Positions 1 through 8,788 of a DNA stretch of 34,105 nt are shown here, one piece after another; the stretch's first letter is position 1, and every line of letters begins with the position of its first letter. The translations under genes were made by a program, and so were the position numbers. Below the pieces are notes generated by a model that was not told where the DNA came from, made no database searches, and saw only the letters and a program-made list of their open reading frames with translations. This DNA comes from Nanobdellota archaeon. GTDB lineage: Archaea > Nanobdellota > Nanobdellia > Pacearchaeales > GW2011-AR1. The stretch covers positions 1-34,105 of the forward strand of contig JAKLIN010000002.1 of NCBI GenBank assembly GCA_022709585.1, given 5' to 3'.

Positions 1-380
1 AAATCTTGAACCATATATGACTTTTTTGCAAGTTTTTCTAAATGGGTTAAAAAAAGGGTATAAGCCTCTTCTTTCAAAGTTTTATCCAAAATTATTGGTC
101 CTTTAATAAAAGTATACACTCTAAAAAACTTAGAAAAAACATTGAAAAGAAAATTATATCTCTCTTTGAGATATTTTACAAAAAGAGGCCCGGAACTCAA
201 AACGAGCTGTCCCACAATTTTTTCTCCTTTTTTTACCAATAAAAATTGGTTTTTCATTCCCAATGCTTTTTCAAGATATTCTGCGTAACCTGAGGTTTGA
301 TAGATTGAACCCCCTCCTTTTTTAACGCGATTATCCCATTCAAAGTCAGGTTGCTCTAAAATGTCTAAAGATAATTCCAT
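1..380 (-). CDS. FemAB-like (GNAT-fold) transferase, N-terminal 126 aa; C-terminus lies beyond the left window edge
   Basis: Not in the ORF track (no stop in window). Own reverse-complement reading from the ATG at 378-380 stays open to position 1: MELSLDILEQPDFEWDNRVKKGGGSIYQTSGYAEYLEKALGMKNQFLLVKKGEKIVGQLVLSSGPLF... The opening resembles FemAB/BioF2-like acetyltransferase N-termini. Divergent from a sugar-modification cluster. Family call by eye only. Confidence 0.45.
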   Translation of the reverse strand, partial: MELSLDILEQPDFEWDNRVKKGGGSIYQTSGYAEYLEKALGMKNQFLLVKKGEKIVGQLVLSSGPLFVKYLKERYNFLFNVFSKFFRVYTFIKGPIILDKTLKEEAYTLFLTHLEKLAKKSYMVQD

Positions 381-490
381 ATTAAAATGGACCTGAAAGG
401 GTTTAATCTTAGCAGGCCCGTAATTAATAGACTTCAAAGAGGTTTTAAATTCTTTTTGTATCTAAAAATCATTATATATTTAAATTTAAA

Positions 491-1612
491 ATGCTCATTA
501 GGAAAATGATAAAGTTCCATGCAGACAGAAATATTCTTTTTTCAGAAGTTGAGGGAATAGTCTCCAACAAAGAGAAATTAATTTCTTTAATTAACAAAGA
601 GTATTCTTCCAAAGAGATTACTCTAACTAATTACGGAAGAACTGCTTTTCAATTAATTTTAGATAGATATAACTTAAAGAATTGCAGAATAATGATTCCT
701 GCATTTATTTGTTCTGTTTTTGTAGAGATCTTCAAAGAAAATAATATTACTCCAGTCTTAATAGATGTTGAAAAAGATACTTTCAATATTAGTCCAAGAA
801 CTCTAAGAAAAGGATATGACAAAACTGCAAGGGCCTTGATTGTGAACCATATGAATGGGCTTCCTTGCGAAGTTGAGTTATTAAAAAAAATTCTTAATAA
901 AAATCAGATTCTAATTGAAGATTGTGCACATTCTCTGGGAGCAGTTCATAACAAAAAAAAGGTTGGAACATTTGGAGATGCTTCTTTTTTTAGTTTGTAT
1001 AAAAGTCTGCCCTCTATTTCAGGAGGATTTGCGCTAACTTCCGGAAATTTAAAGAAACTAAATTCGGACAAAAATCCTTCTTTGTTATCTTTAGGTTACT
1101 ATCTGGGAAAAAATGCTAATTTTATAAAAAATTTCAAAAGAGATAAGGGATTGTATGAACAAGATTTGATTTACGAAAATATTAGATTAAAAGGAATAAG
1201 TTACGTTTCTGAAAAAATCGCTTCTTATTATTTTAAAAACATTAAAAAAATAATTATTTCAAAGAGAAAAATTGCCAAAATTTTACGAACCGCCTTAGAT
1301 GGAAAAGTAGAATTGCAAGCAGATTCCAAGAACGAACATGTGTATACTTACTTTAGTTTTCTTCTTCCAAAAGAAATTGCTTCTAAAAGATTGCGCTTTT
1401 TGGAAATTTTAAGAAGAAATGGGGTTATCGGAAGAATAATCTGGAACAAACCTTTAAATAATTATTTTTCAAACCAATGTCCTAATGCAAAAGAAATCTC
1501 TGAGAGAATAGTGGGGGTTCCATTAAATTATCATTATTCAATTATGGATTCTAAAAGACTTGCGACAATAGTTCAAGAATCACTAAGAGATTTGGAGAGT
1601 GAATCTGAATAA
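491..1612 (+). CDS. DegT/DnrJ/EryC1/StrS-family PLP-dependent sugar aminotransferase
   Basis: 373-aa ORF. Has NYGRTAFQLIL near the N-terminus, DCAHSLGA, and FSLYKSLP with a candidate PLP-binding lysine. Glycan-cluster context. Confidence 0.8.
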   Translation: MLIRKMIKFHADRNILFSEVEGIVSNKEKLISLINKEYSSKEITLTNYGRTAFQLILDRYNLKNCRIMIPAFICSVFVEIFKENNITPVLIDVEKDTFNISPRTLRKGYDKTARALIVNHMNGLPCEVELLKKILNKNQILIEDCAHSLGAVHNKKKVGTFGDASFFSLYKSLPSISGGFALTSGNLKKLNSDKNPSLLSLGYYLGKNANFIKNFKRDKGLYEQDLIYENIRLKGISYVSEKIASYYFKNIKKIIISKRKIAKILRTALDGKVELQADSKNEHVYTYFSFLLPKEIASKRLRFLEILRRNGVIGRIIWNKPLNNYFSNQCPNAKEISERIVGVPLNYHYSIMDSKRLATIVQESLRDLESESE

Positions 1613-1651
1613 GTTAGAAATCTTATTAAAGGAGAATCTATTTAAAAAAAA

Positions 1652-2362
1652 ATGAACAAGAAAGAAGAAATTATAAAAGAATATCAACAAGAGGATTTTG
1701 TGGAAGATTTTGATAAAACAAGATCTGAATCTATTTTTTTACAAGAAAAGCATCGTTTTGAGACTAAACTTATTCAAAAAGCAATTAAAAGTATAAAGAA
1801 AAAAGAAGTTCAAGTTTTAGATGTAGCATGCGGAACTGGGCGGTTGTTAACCGAAATTATCAAAAGCCCTCGAGTAATATATACGGGATTAGATACTTCT
1901 CCAGCAATGATTAAAAAGTTAAAAGAGAAAAATAAAAGTAACCGTGTAAAATTAGTCCTTGCTGATGCTGCGAAAATGCCGTTTCCAAATGAAACTTTTG
2001 ACGTAACATTCACATATCACTTATTATGGCACATTCCTCTAGAAGACCAAAATAAGATAATAAAAGAAATGATTCGAGTCACTAAAAAAGGTGGATTAAT
2101 TGTTTTTGATTCCCTTAATAAAAACTTCTTATTAGAAAAAGTCAGAAAATTATTTGGATTGAAAACAGACCTCGAAATGTACCGAGTTAATTATCAAAAA
2201 ATTAAAATGATGATTTATCCTTTGAATTTTAAAACAGATAAATTACTAGACGCTCCGATTAAAAACAAAATTTTATTTAGAATATTAAACATTTTAAACA
2301 AGTTTAACAAATTTTTACCCTCCTCTTTATTTCATATGATCTTCTTCACAATAAAAAAATAA
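1652..2362 (+). CDS. class I SAM-dependent methyltransferase
   Basis: Motif I VLDVACGTGRL, then GLDTS and LADAAKMPFPNETFDV, typical of the Methyltransf_11/25 fold. Confidence 0.85.
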   Translation: MNKKEEIIKEYQQEDFVEDFDKTRSESIFLQEKHRFETKLIQKAIKSIKKKEVQVLDVACGTGRLLTEIIKSPRVIYTGLDTSPAMIKKLKEKNKSNRVKLVLADAAKMPFPNETFDVTFTYHLLWHIPLEDQNKIIKEMIRVTKKGGLIVFDSLNKNFLLEKVRKLFGLKTDLEMYRVNYQKIKMMIYPLNFKTDKLLDAPIKNKILFRILNILNKFNKFLPSSLFHMIFFTIKK

Positions 2363-2363
2363 A

Positions 2364-3416
2364 ATGAACATCTTAATTGAAGGAGGGGACTTGAATCCTC
2401 CTTTTGCGGAAGGAACGAGAAATGTTGCAATAACTCATGCAAAGGCTTTAATAAAAAAGGGGCATAATGTAGTCATTCTTACAAGAAACAAGTCTAGAAT
2501 TAATGGGAAAAAATTGATAAAAAAAGAAACCATTCAGGGAATCAAATTTTATCGTTGGTCTAATTATTTCGAATTAGCTTTCTTATATCAAAAAATAATA
2601 CAAAAAGAGAAAATAAATTTGGTTCATTTCTTTGCAAAAGGAGGAAGGCCTAAAATTTATCTTAATCTCTTGAAGAGGCTGGGAAATAAACCCTTTATTT
2701 TTACTCTCCTCGGTTTGCCCGTATATTCTCCCAAAAAAGTTGAAAAAGTCATAATAGGCTCGTTGAATAATGTAAATTTAGGAGTTATCACCTCAAATGT
2801 TCTTCTGAATAAATTCAAAAAAGGCTTCAAGAATACAATTTATGTGCCAATCGGAATTGATTTTGATAAATACACCGTAAAGAAAGAAAAAAGGGTTTAT
2901 GTATTGGCTTTAAGAAAACCAACCGAACAAACAGTGGACGCTTTCAAAAGATTGAAAAAAGAATTTCCTTCTATCAAATTTGTATTTAATTCTTCAACAT
3001 TAGATAAAAAAGATAAAATTACTGAAGATGTCTTGGAAAATTTCGAAGTGATTGGAAATAATGAGAGGATGCCAGATATTTTTAATAAAACTCTTATTTT
3101 AGTGGATTTGCATGATAAAGAATTTCCCTTAAGATGCGCCTCTCCTCCTGTTGCAATTATAGAAGCTCTTTCTTGTGGAACAACTGTCGTGTCTACAGAT
3201 ATGCCTGAAATTAGAGAAGTTATTACAGACAAAAAAAATGGATATTTAATAGATTCAGAGAAAGAAGAAGAAATTTATACAACTCTAAAAAATTTACTAA
3301 ATAAAAAATTGAAAAAACAAAAGATTTCTGCTCATTCTATGATTTCTAAATATAATATTAACAACGTAATTAAGACTTACGAACAGCTTTATCAGAAACT
3401 TTTGACTTCTTGTTGA
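2364..3416 (+). CDS. GT-B fold glycosyltransferase (GT4/GT1-like)
   Basis: 350 aa. Starts 2 nt after the methyltransferase stop. C-terminal half PPVAIIEALSCGTTVVSTDMPEIREVITDKKNGYL matches the donor-binding EX7E-type region of GT4 enzymes. Confidence 0.8.
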   Translation: MNILIEGGDLNPPFAEGTRNVAITHAKALIKKGHNVVILTRNKSRINGKKLIKKETIQGIKFYRWSNYFELAFLYQKIIQKEKINLVHFFAKGGRPKIYLNLLKRLGNKPFIFTLLGLPVYSPKKVEKVIIGSLNNVNLGVITSNVLLNKFKKGFKNTIYVPIGIDFDKYTVKKEKRVYVLALRKPTEQTVDAFKRLKKEFPSIKFVFNSSTLDKKDKITEDVLENFEVIGNNERMPDIFNKTLILVDLHDKEFPLRCASPPVAIIEALSCGTTVVSTDMPEIREVITDKKNGYLIDSEKEEEIYTTLKNLLNKKLKKQKISAHSMISKYNINNVIKTYEQLYQKLLTSC

Positions 3417-4758
3417 TAAGAATTAAAGAGAAAAGATAAAATAAATTACTAATTATTACTGCTAAACAGATTCCATATACCGCAGCCAGTTCTCCTTGAA
3501 TGATAAATATTTTAATGAATGCGTAAGAAAGTAAAAGGCTGATTAAAGTGGTTAATCCTAGACTTAACACAATAGACTTTGGATTGCCTCTTGCGATTAA
3601 AAAGCTGCTGTAAAGAGAAGTCATTGGGCTAATTAATAATAACAAACTGAGAACTCTTAAGATATTTACAGAAGGTGCATACGCAGAACCATAGAAGATT
3701 TTAATAATCTGAGAAGAAAAAATCATAATAAAAATTACTGCAAGAATAGAAATAAGAACTGTGAGTTTTACAGATTTGTTAAATGTTTTAAATAACTCCT
3801 TTCCTGAAAGCCTGCTAAATAAAGGAAATAATGCGCTTGAAAAAGCAATTAAAGGAATAGATGAACCAATAAAGCCCATTGCAATTTGATAAAATCCGAT
3901 AAATTCAGATGAAATGAATCTTCCTAAGAATATCATGTCTACATAGCCTAACAAAAATCCTGCCAATCCAAGTAAGAACATCTCTTTAGTGAATTTTGTT
4001 ATTTCTTTTTTGTCTGAGAGAGAAAATTTGTATCGTTTTGATTTGTTAAACAGAATTTTTCTTTTAATCGCTTTCCAAAATAAAAGTAATACAATTATCC
4101 AAAGAAGAACTAAAGAAGAGATTATACCAAAAACCTTTCCAGAAGAGGAATAATCTTTTAATAAAAATAAAATTACTAATGGAATTACAATTATTCTTAA
4201 TCCTTGAAAGAGTGCTTCTCTATAAAAAAGAGTTTTAAAATCATTTAATGATTGCAATAGAAGTTGCAAGAATGAAATTGTTCCTGTAACAATTAAATAA
4301 AGTGAACCTGCAACAAGAGCTAAAAAAATAGGTTTGTTGTAATAGATTTCGGATATAAAATAAGAAAGAGCTAGAAGTGCTCCTGCAGAAAACAACACTC
4401 TGATAAATTTTATTTTTCCCAAATAAAACATGTATTCTTTTGCTTTTGCTAAGTTTTTTTGTGCAATAGAACGAGAAATAAACCTTACCACTGTTTGATT
4501 TATTCCTAAATCTGTGAATGTTGCAAAAAGAAGAATTGTTGCTAAAGCTAAAGAGTATAATCCAAATAATTCCGGAAGTAAAAGTCGGGCTAAAACAATG
4601 GTAAATAAAACAGAACCAACTTTAGAGATAATATTTGCGGATAATTGATACATTGAATTTCTAACCGCTATCCCTATATTTCCAGAGAAATCTCTTTTTC
4701 TTATTCTGTTGAAAATTTCTTTTAAGTCTTTTCCCTCTTTTTTTAGGATATTTTCCAT
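3370..4758 (-). CDS. MOP/Wzx-type oligosaccharide flippase (polysaccharide biosynthesis protein)
   Basis: 462 aa and almost entirely hydrophobic, with about 12-14 helices. The N-terminal NSMYQLSANIISKVGSVLFTIVLARLL pattern is that of the polysaccharide-biosynthesis (Wzx) family. Its 3' end overlaps the convergent GT4 gene by 47 nt. Confidence 0.8.
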   Translation of the reverse strand: MENILKKEGKDLKEIFNRIRKRDFSGNIGIAVRNSMYQLSANIISKVGSVLFTIVLARLLLPELFGLYSLALATILLFATFTDLGINQTVVRFISRSIAQKNLAKAKEYMFYLGKIKFIRVLFSAGALLALSYFISEIYYNKPIFLALVAGSLYLIVTGTISFLQLLLQSLNDFKTLFYREALFQGLRIIVIPLVILFLLKDYSSSGKVFGIISSLVLLWIIVLLLFWKAIKRKILFNKSKRYKFSLSDKKEITKFTKEMFLLGLAGFLLGYVDMIFLGRFISSEFIGFYQIAMGFIGSSIPLIAFSSALFPLFSRLSGKELFKTFNKSVKLTVLISILAVIFIMIFSSQIIKIFYGSAYAPSVNILRVLSLLLLISPMTSLYSSFLIARGNPKSIVLSLGLTTLISLLLSYAFIKIFIIQGELAAVYGICLAVIISNLFYLFSLILINKKSKVSDKAVRKS

Positions 4759-4832
4759 TTAAGCATTAAAGATTATTTGTTTTTATGCTTTGTGAATTAG
4801 TACTCTAATGCGTAAATAGCAAGAAAATAATA

Positions 4833-6398
4833 TTACTCTTTCTTTATGCTTTTAATCAAATCAGCGAAAGCTGGACGAGTGATTAAAACACCCAAGCTTA
4901 TTCCAACAAGTGTTGTGAAAACAAATCCTTTCAATAATCCTGCTCCTGCCCACCAAAGAGGAACTAGTGAAGCTACTGTTGTTAAATATGCTCCTGTAAT
5001 GATTGCAAACGCTCTCTTTAATTTTTGCTTAAGCCCCAACGTTTCTTTGTTCTGTTCACTTGCTTCATCAAGAATAACAATTTGATCGTCAATACCTGTA
5101 CCTATTGCAGCTAAAATTCCCGCAATACTTGGTAAATCTAAATCCCATTTCAAGAAAGCTGCAATTCCCAAGGTGATAATAATTTCACTTGTAGCGACAA
5201 TCATTGGAAGAAGTGCTGCTTTAGAACGATATCTTAAGAAAACAGTTAATGCAACCAATGCAAGTGCGACAACTCCCGCAATAAGAATATATTTGAAGAA
5301 GCTATCTCCTAATGTAGGGGAGATTGTATCCAACTTAACAATTTCAAGTTGGAAAGGAAGACTTCCAGTAATCAAAATTGTTTGAAGATTCTTCATTTGT
5401 TCTTTAGCATTATCGTATGCTTGCTTTTCTGTTTCTCCGACAGCAGAACCTTGAATAGAAATTTGAGTTGTTACAACTCCTTTTAATCCTTCACTGATGA
5501 GAAGACTGTCCATTAACTGATCATCTAAATACAAATCCAAAGTTTCATTAAGATAAACACCTGATTGAGTTCTGTTTATATCTAAATTCTTTGTTATTTC
5601 AGCATGTCTTGTTGCTGCTCCTTGACTTAAATAAACAGTGAATCTAAACTGGCAAAAATATCCTCCTTCTGTAGGCTTGCAAGAGTAAATTCCAGAATCC
5701 TGCCCGCTTCTTGCAACATCTGCTACATCTCTTTCTCCACCAATGAAAACAAGTTGCTCTCCAACTTTAGCTTCAAATTTACCTTGTTGTGAAACTAAAT
5801 TCTTTAAATCTCTTGGTGTTGCTCCGGCAATTTCAATTAAAACGAAATAATTTCCATTCAAGTCATTTACAGGTTTAAGATTCATTTCGGAAACACCATA
5901 AGCATTGAATCTGTTTCTCATTATGTCAACTAAATCATTTGCTTCTGTTAATGTTAAAGAATGATTTTCTGCTTGAATAATTGCTCTAGAGCCTCCTGCC
6001 AAGTCCAAGCCCCATTTAAGATTTGAACTAGGGACTTCTGAAACAGAGAACTCCAAGGGATTATTTGAAAACACAATATATTCTGCTTTTTTTGTTTGGA
6101 TTATTGTTTTAGTGTCTTCAGATAAATTTGTTTTTTCTTTAAGAATCTCTAAAAAATCATTTACAGATTTGATTGATTGCCCGTCAATAGACTGAATTAC
6201 TTCCCCATTTCTTAATCCTTCATTGAAAACAGAGGAGTTCTGAACAACATTTGTAACTAAAACTCCTTTTTGCCCAAATGTAGGAGTTATAAAAATTGCA
6301 ACTAAAGAGAATACAAAAATGATAATCCACAACCAAACTCTCCAAGTAAGTTTAATTTTCATTTTGCTTTTTGCTCTTGCTTTCTTTGTGAAGAGCAT
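4833..6398 (-). CDS. secD: protein-export membrane protein SecD (with a PDZ-like insertion in the first extracytoplasmic loop)
   Basis: 521 aa. N-terminal TM, large loop, C-terminal 5-6 helix bundle with IGTGIDDQIVILDE. Overlaps the upstream secF stop. An alternative start at 6362 (MKIKLTW...) is equally plausible. Confidence 0.85.
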   Translation of the reverse strand: MLFTKKARAKSKMKIKLTWRVWLWIIIFVFSLVAIFITPTFGQKGVLVTNVVQNSSVFNEGLRNGEVIQSIDGQSIKSVNDFLEILKEKTNLSEDTKTIIQTKKAEYIVFSNNPLEFSVSEVPSSNLKWGLDLAGGSRAIIQAENHSLTLTEANDLVDIMRNRFNAYGVSEMNLKPVNDLNGNYFVLIEIAGATPRDLKNLVSQQGKFEAKVGEQLVFIGGERDVADVARSGQDSGIYSCKPTEGGYFCQFRFTVYLSQGAATRHAEITKNLDINRTQSGVYLNETLDLYLDDQLMDSLLISEGLKGVVTTQISIQGSAVGETEKQAYDNAKEQMKNLQTILITGSLPFQLEIVKLDTISPTLGDSFFKYILIAGVVALALVALTVFLRYRSKAALLPMIVATSEIIITLGIAAFLKWDLDLPSIAGILAAIGTGIDDQIVILDEASEQNKETLGLKQKLKRAFAIITGAYLTTVASLVPLWWAGAGLLKGFVFTTLVGISLGVLITRPAFADLIKSIKKE

Positions 6399-7269
6399 GC
6401 CATTTAGTTATTGAAACATTTGTTAACCAAGTATTCATTAAATCAAAAGAAAGTCCTAGCATCATAATCAAAAATATTTGATACAGAACAGATGAAAAAG
6501 GCCCAACAATAAGGAATGCTGCCATCACTGCAAACAAAGAAGTGAAAGTCATAGTCATTCCTGTTTTAAAAGATTCAAATATTACTCTATTAACAGATTT
6601 GCCTTTTCTGTTAAGCACTTTATTTGCAAGTAAAATATCCGTATCAACAGAATAACCGATAAGCATTAAGAAAGCGACAATTCCTGCGCTGGAAATTTCA
6701 ATTCCTAAAAGATTAACAACAACTAAAGCCATGATAATGTCTGCAAATGCGGAATAAATAACAGCTAAAGAATGAACTATGCTTTTGAATTGAAAGAAAA
6801 CAACGAGAGACATTAAAAGGAAAGATACAGAAATTGCAATCAAAAGCTGTTTGTAAAATCCCTTGCTAAGTGTTTCTCCAGAAAATTCAAAACTACTATT
6901 TTCCGGTGTTAATTCATACCCCAAAAATTCTTCTAAAACTTCTCGGGTTTCAGCTTCTCCACTTTTGGTTTCAACAATAACTGCAAGCTCTTCTCGAGAA
7001 ATTAAATCAGAAACTTCTCTTACATTTACTCCTTCAAGTTTATTGGAAATTGCTTGCCTTAATTCTTCAGAATTTATTTTATCATTTATTGTAACAGAAG
7101 TTCCTCCTGTTAGAGAGATATCTCTATTGAATAAAGCATCATTTTTTTCATAGAATTGAACCATATAAACAAGAGAAAAAATAAGCAAAGCTAAAGGAAT
7201 CAACAAAAGAAGTTTGTAATTCTTATCGTGAAATCTCGCAATTTTTTGATATATTCTTTCTTTATTCAT
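6352..7269 (-). CDS. secF: protein-export membrane protein SecF
   Basis: 305 aa. TM, then a loop with GGTSVTI, then a six-helix bundle with LIGYSVDTDILLANKV. Immediately upstream of secD. Confidence 0.9.
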   Translation of the reverse strand: MNKERIYQKIARFHDKNYKLLLLIPLALLIFSLVYMVQFYEKNDALFNRDISLTGGTSVTINDKINSEELRQAISNKLEGVNVREVSDLISREELAVIVETKSGEAETREVLEEFLGYELTPENSSFEFSGETLSKGFYKQLLIAISVSFLLMSLVVFFQFKSIVHSLAVIYSAFADIIMALVVVNLLGIEISSAGIVAFLMLIGYSVDTDILLANKVLNRKGKSVNRVIFESFKTGMTMTFTSLFAVMAAFLIVGPFSSVLYQIFLIMMLGLSFDLMNTWLTNVSITKWHALHKESKSKKQNEN

Positions 7270-7279
7270 TTGAATTAAA

Positions 7280-7351
7280 TGCGCAGGCCGGGACTCGAAC
7301 CCGGGCGATCTGCTTGGAAGGCAGATATACTAACCACTATATTACCTACGC
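7280..7351 (-). tRNA. tRNA-Gly (anticodon UCC)
   Basis: The reverse complement folds by hand as GCGTAGG/CCTGCGC acceptor, ATAT/GTAT D stem, TCTGC-CTTCCAA-GCAGA anticodon arm, and CCGGG-TTCGAGT-CCCGG T arm. Length 72 nt with discriminator A. Confidence 0.9.
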
Positions 7352-7454
7352 ATGTAAATAGTATAAAATTTCGTGTTTTAAATGTTGCGAAAAGGTGAAA
7401 AACACGTTACTCAATCGTTTGTTTAAATTTAAAAGACAATAATTAATTCTTTAA

Positions 7455-7491
7455 AAAAGAGCAGATTTTATCAATTATCTCCTGCTTTCTA
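7455..7491 (+). repeat. short variant of the same repeat family (lacks the internal 22-nt CGGGGTTTCTGCCTGCAAATTT segment)
   Basis: AAAAAGAGCAGATTTTATCAATTATCTCCTGCTTTC versus AAAAAGAGAGCAAAT...TTTTATCAATTCTCTCGTGCTTCC. 25/28 matches in the TTTTATCAATT-TCTC-TGCTT core. Confidence 0.6.
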
Positions 7492-7707
7492 CAGATATTT
7501 CCATGATTCATTCTCTTTTTTGTTAAACCAGGTTTTAGCGAGAGAGCTTTCAGATAAAATTGCATTTTCCGGAATAAATTTTTTTAGAATTATTTTGTTA
7601 TCTTTTAGTATCACGATTAATTTGCCTCCTTCAGAGAAGCCCTTCCTCATTTCTAAGGGTATAACTACCTGCCCTCTTGAACTCATTTTAGTTGTACCAA
7701 TTATCAT
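7489..7707 (-). CDS. AbrB/MazE/SpoVT-family DNA-binding protein (antitoxin-like)
   Basis: SSRGQVVIPLEMRKGF is the looped-hinge-helix/SpoVT-AbrB signature. The likely true start is the internal Met at 7686 (MSSRGQ...). No adjacent toxin ORF. Confidence 0.7.
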   Translation of the reverse strand: MIIGTTKMSSRGQVVIPLEMRKGFSEGGKLIVILKDNKIILKKFIPENAILSESSLAKTWFNKKENESWKYL

Positions 7708-7772
7708 AAATAAGAATCGTAGAAGTTATATTTTAATCTTTTGCTGAGAGAAATAAATTGTATGTAATATAA

Positions 7773-7848
7773 TGCCCCTGACAGGATTCGAACCTGCGAC
7801 CCCCACATTAGGAGTGTGGTGCTCTAATCCAGGCTGAGCTACAGGGAC
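7773..7848 (-). tRNA. tRNA-Arg (anticodon CCU)
   Basis: Reverse complement: GTCCCTG acceptor, GCTC/GAGC D stem, CCACA-CTCCTAA-TGTGG anticodon arm, GCAGG-TTCGAAT-CCTGT T arm, then CAGGGGC-A. Length 76 nt. Confidence 0.9.
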
Positions 7849-7862
7849 AACAAATGAAATTA

Positions 7863-7946
7863 TGCAGGAGAGAGGATTCGAACCTCCGAACTCACTAAGA
7901 GACGGGATTTTGAGTCCCGCGCGTTTGACCACTTCGCTACTCCTGC
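7863..7946 (-). tRNA. tRNA-Leu (anticodon CAA), class II with long variable arm
   Basis: Reverse complement: GCAGGAG acceptor, CGGGA-CTCAAAA-TCCCG anticodon arm, 15-nt variable arm, GGAGG-TTCGAAT-CCTCT T arm, then CTCCTGC-A. Length 84 nt. Confidence 0.9.
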
Positions 7947-8047
7947 TTGAAGTAAGTTAAAAAAACAAGAATTAAACTTGTTTTAAAAGTATCGATAATT
8001 AAAATCTTCTAAAAAATTATTCTAAGTTTAAAATTAATGAATTGGAA

Positions 8048-8764
8048 TTATTTAACCTTTTTAGAAATCAAATCCAAGTCTTTTTGCAATGCGTCAACAG
8101 ATTTCAAGAAAACATCTTTTACGTCTAATTGCCCAACAGATTCAACAGTAATAACCAGCTCATTTTTTGGAGTTATCTCAAGTTTTCTGTTGTTCTTTCT
8201 GCAAATCTCTTCACAAACATCTGAAACTTCTATCTTTAAGTTGTCGTGGATAATTATGCTTTTGCCTTCTTTTTTTACTTCGTTGTTTGGACAGATTTTT
8301 TTGAATTCGTCATATAAATCCGCATCAATTTTTATTTCAGAAACATTTCTGTAGTATAAAAATCCTGGAGAGAATTTTGAATGTTCAACTCCTCTACCTG
8401 TTTTTGCATGTGCAACAAGTTGCAATTCTTGCTCCTCTTCCAAATAAGTGATTGGCAATTTATCGTAAACAACGCCTAGTCCTCCAGTGAATTTTCCAGA
8501 ATAAACAAATCCTTCTCCTTTTGCAGAAAGACTCATGTCCATCTCTGTTTTTTCGCTTACAGATTTGTCCATCTTTAAGGGAATTAAACCAATTCTGTGG
8601 GCAACTGTTTCATCATACAAAGCTGAGTCGTTTTTTACTATTTCAACCTCGTCTATTGCTAGAATTGGAATCTGATTTATGTGCCTTCTGATTGCATTTG
8701 CTAAACTTTCAGAAATTTCAGCTCTGAATGTTATCTGATTTGGTTTTTGTTCAATTATTTGCAT
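8048..8764 (-). CDS. rpoD: DNA-directed RNA polymerase subunit D (Rpo3)
   Basis: N-terminus ITFRAEISESLANAIRRHINQIPILAIDEVEIVKNDSALYDETVAHRIGLIPLK is the RpoD/Rpb3 dimerisation domain. Follows S13-S4-S11, as in the conserved archaeal cluster. Confidence 0.9.
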   Translation of the reverse strand: MQIIEQKPNQITFRAEISESLANAIRRHINQIPILAIDEVEIVKNDSALYDETVAHRIGLIPLKMDKSVSEKTEMDMSLSAKGEGFVYSGKFTGGLGVVYDKLPITYLEEEQELQLVAHAKTGRGVEHSKFSPGFLYYRNVSEIKIDADLYDEFKKICPNNEVKKEGKSIIIHDNLKIEVSDVCEEICRKNNRKLEITPKNELVITVESVGQLDVKDVFLKSVDALQKDLDLISKKVK

Positions 8765-8788
8765 TTTAATATTTGGAAAAATAAGGTT

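Noticed and set aside
389-419. GGACCTG ... CAGGCCC imperfect inverted repeat in the divergent promoter region between the FemAB-like and DegT genes.
   Set aside because: A 7-bp stem with a central mismatch and a 17-nt loop. A single occurrence, too weak to call as an operator or RNA structure.
3370-3416. 47-nt overlap of the convergent GT4 and flippase 3' ends.
   Set aside because: Could reflect real overlapping termini or a slightly extended ORF end. It has no functional implication that can be supported from the sequence.
7726-7932. 68-aa ORF on the minus strand.
   Set aside because: It is composed almost entirely of the tRNA-Arg(CCU) and tRNA-Leu(CAA) genes read as protein.
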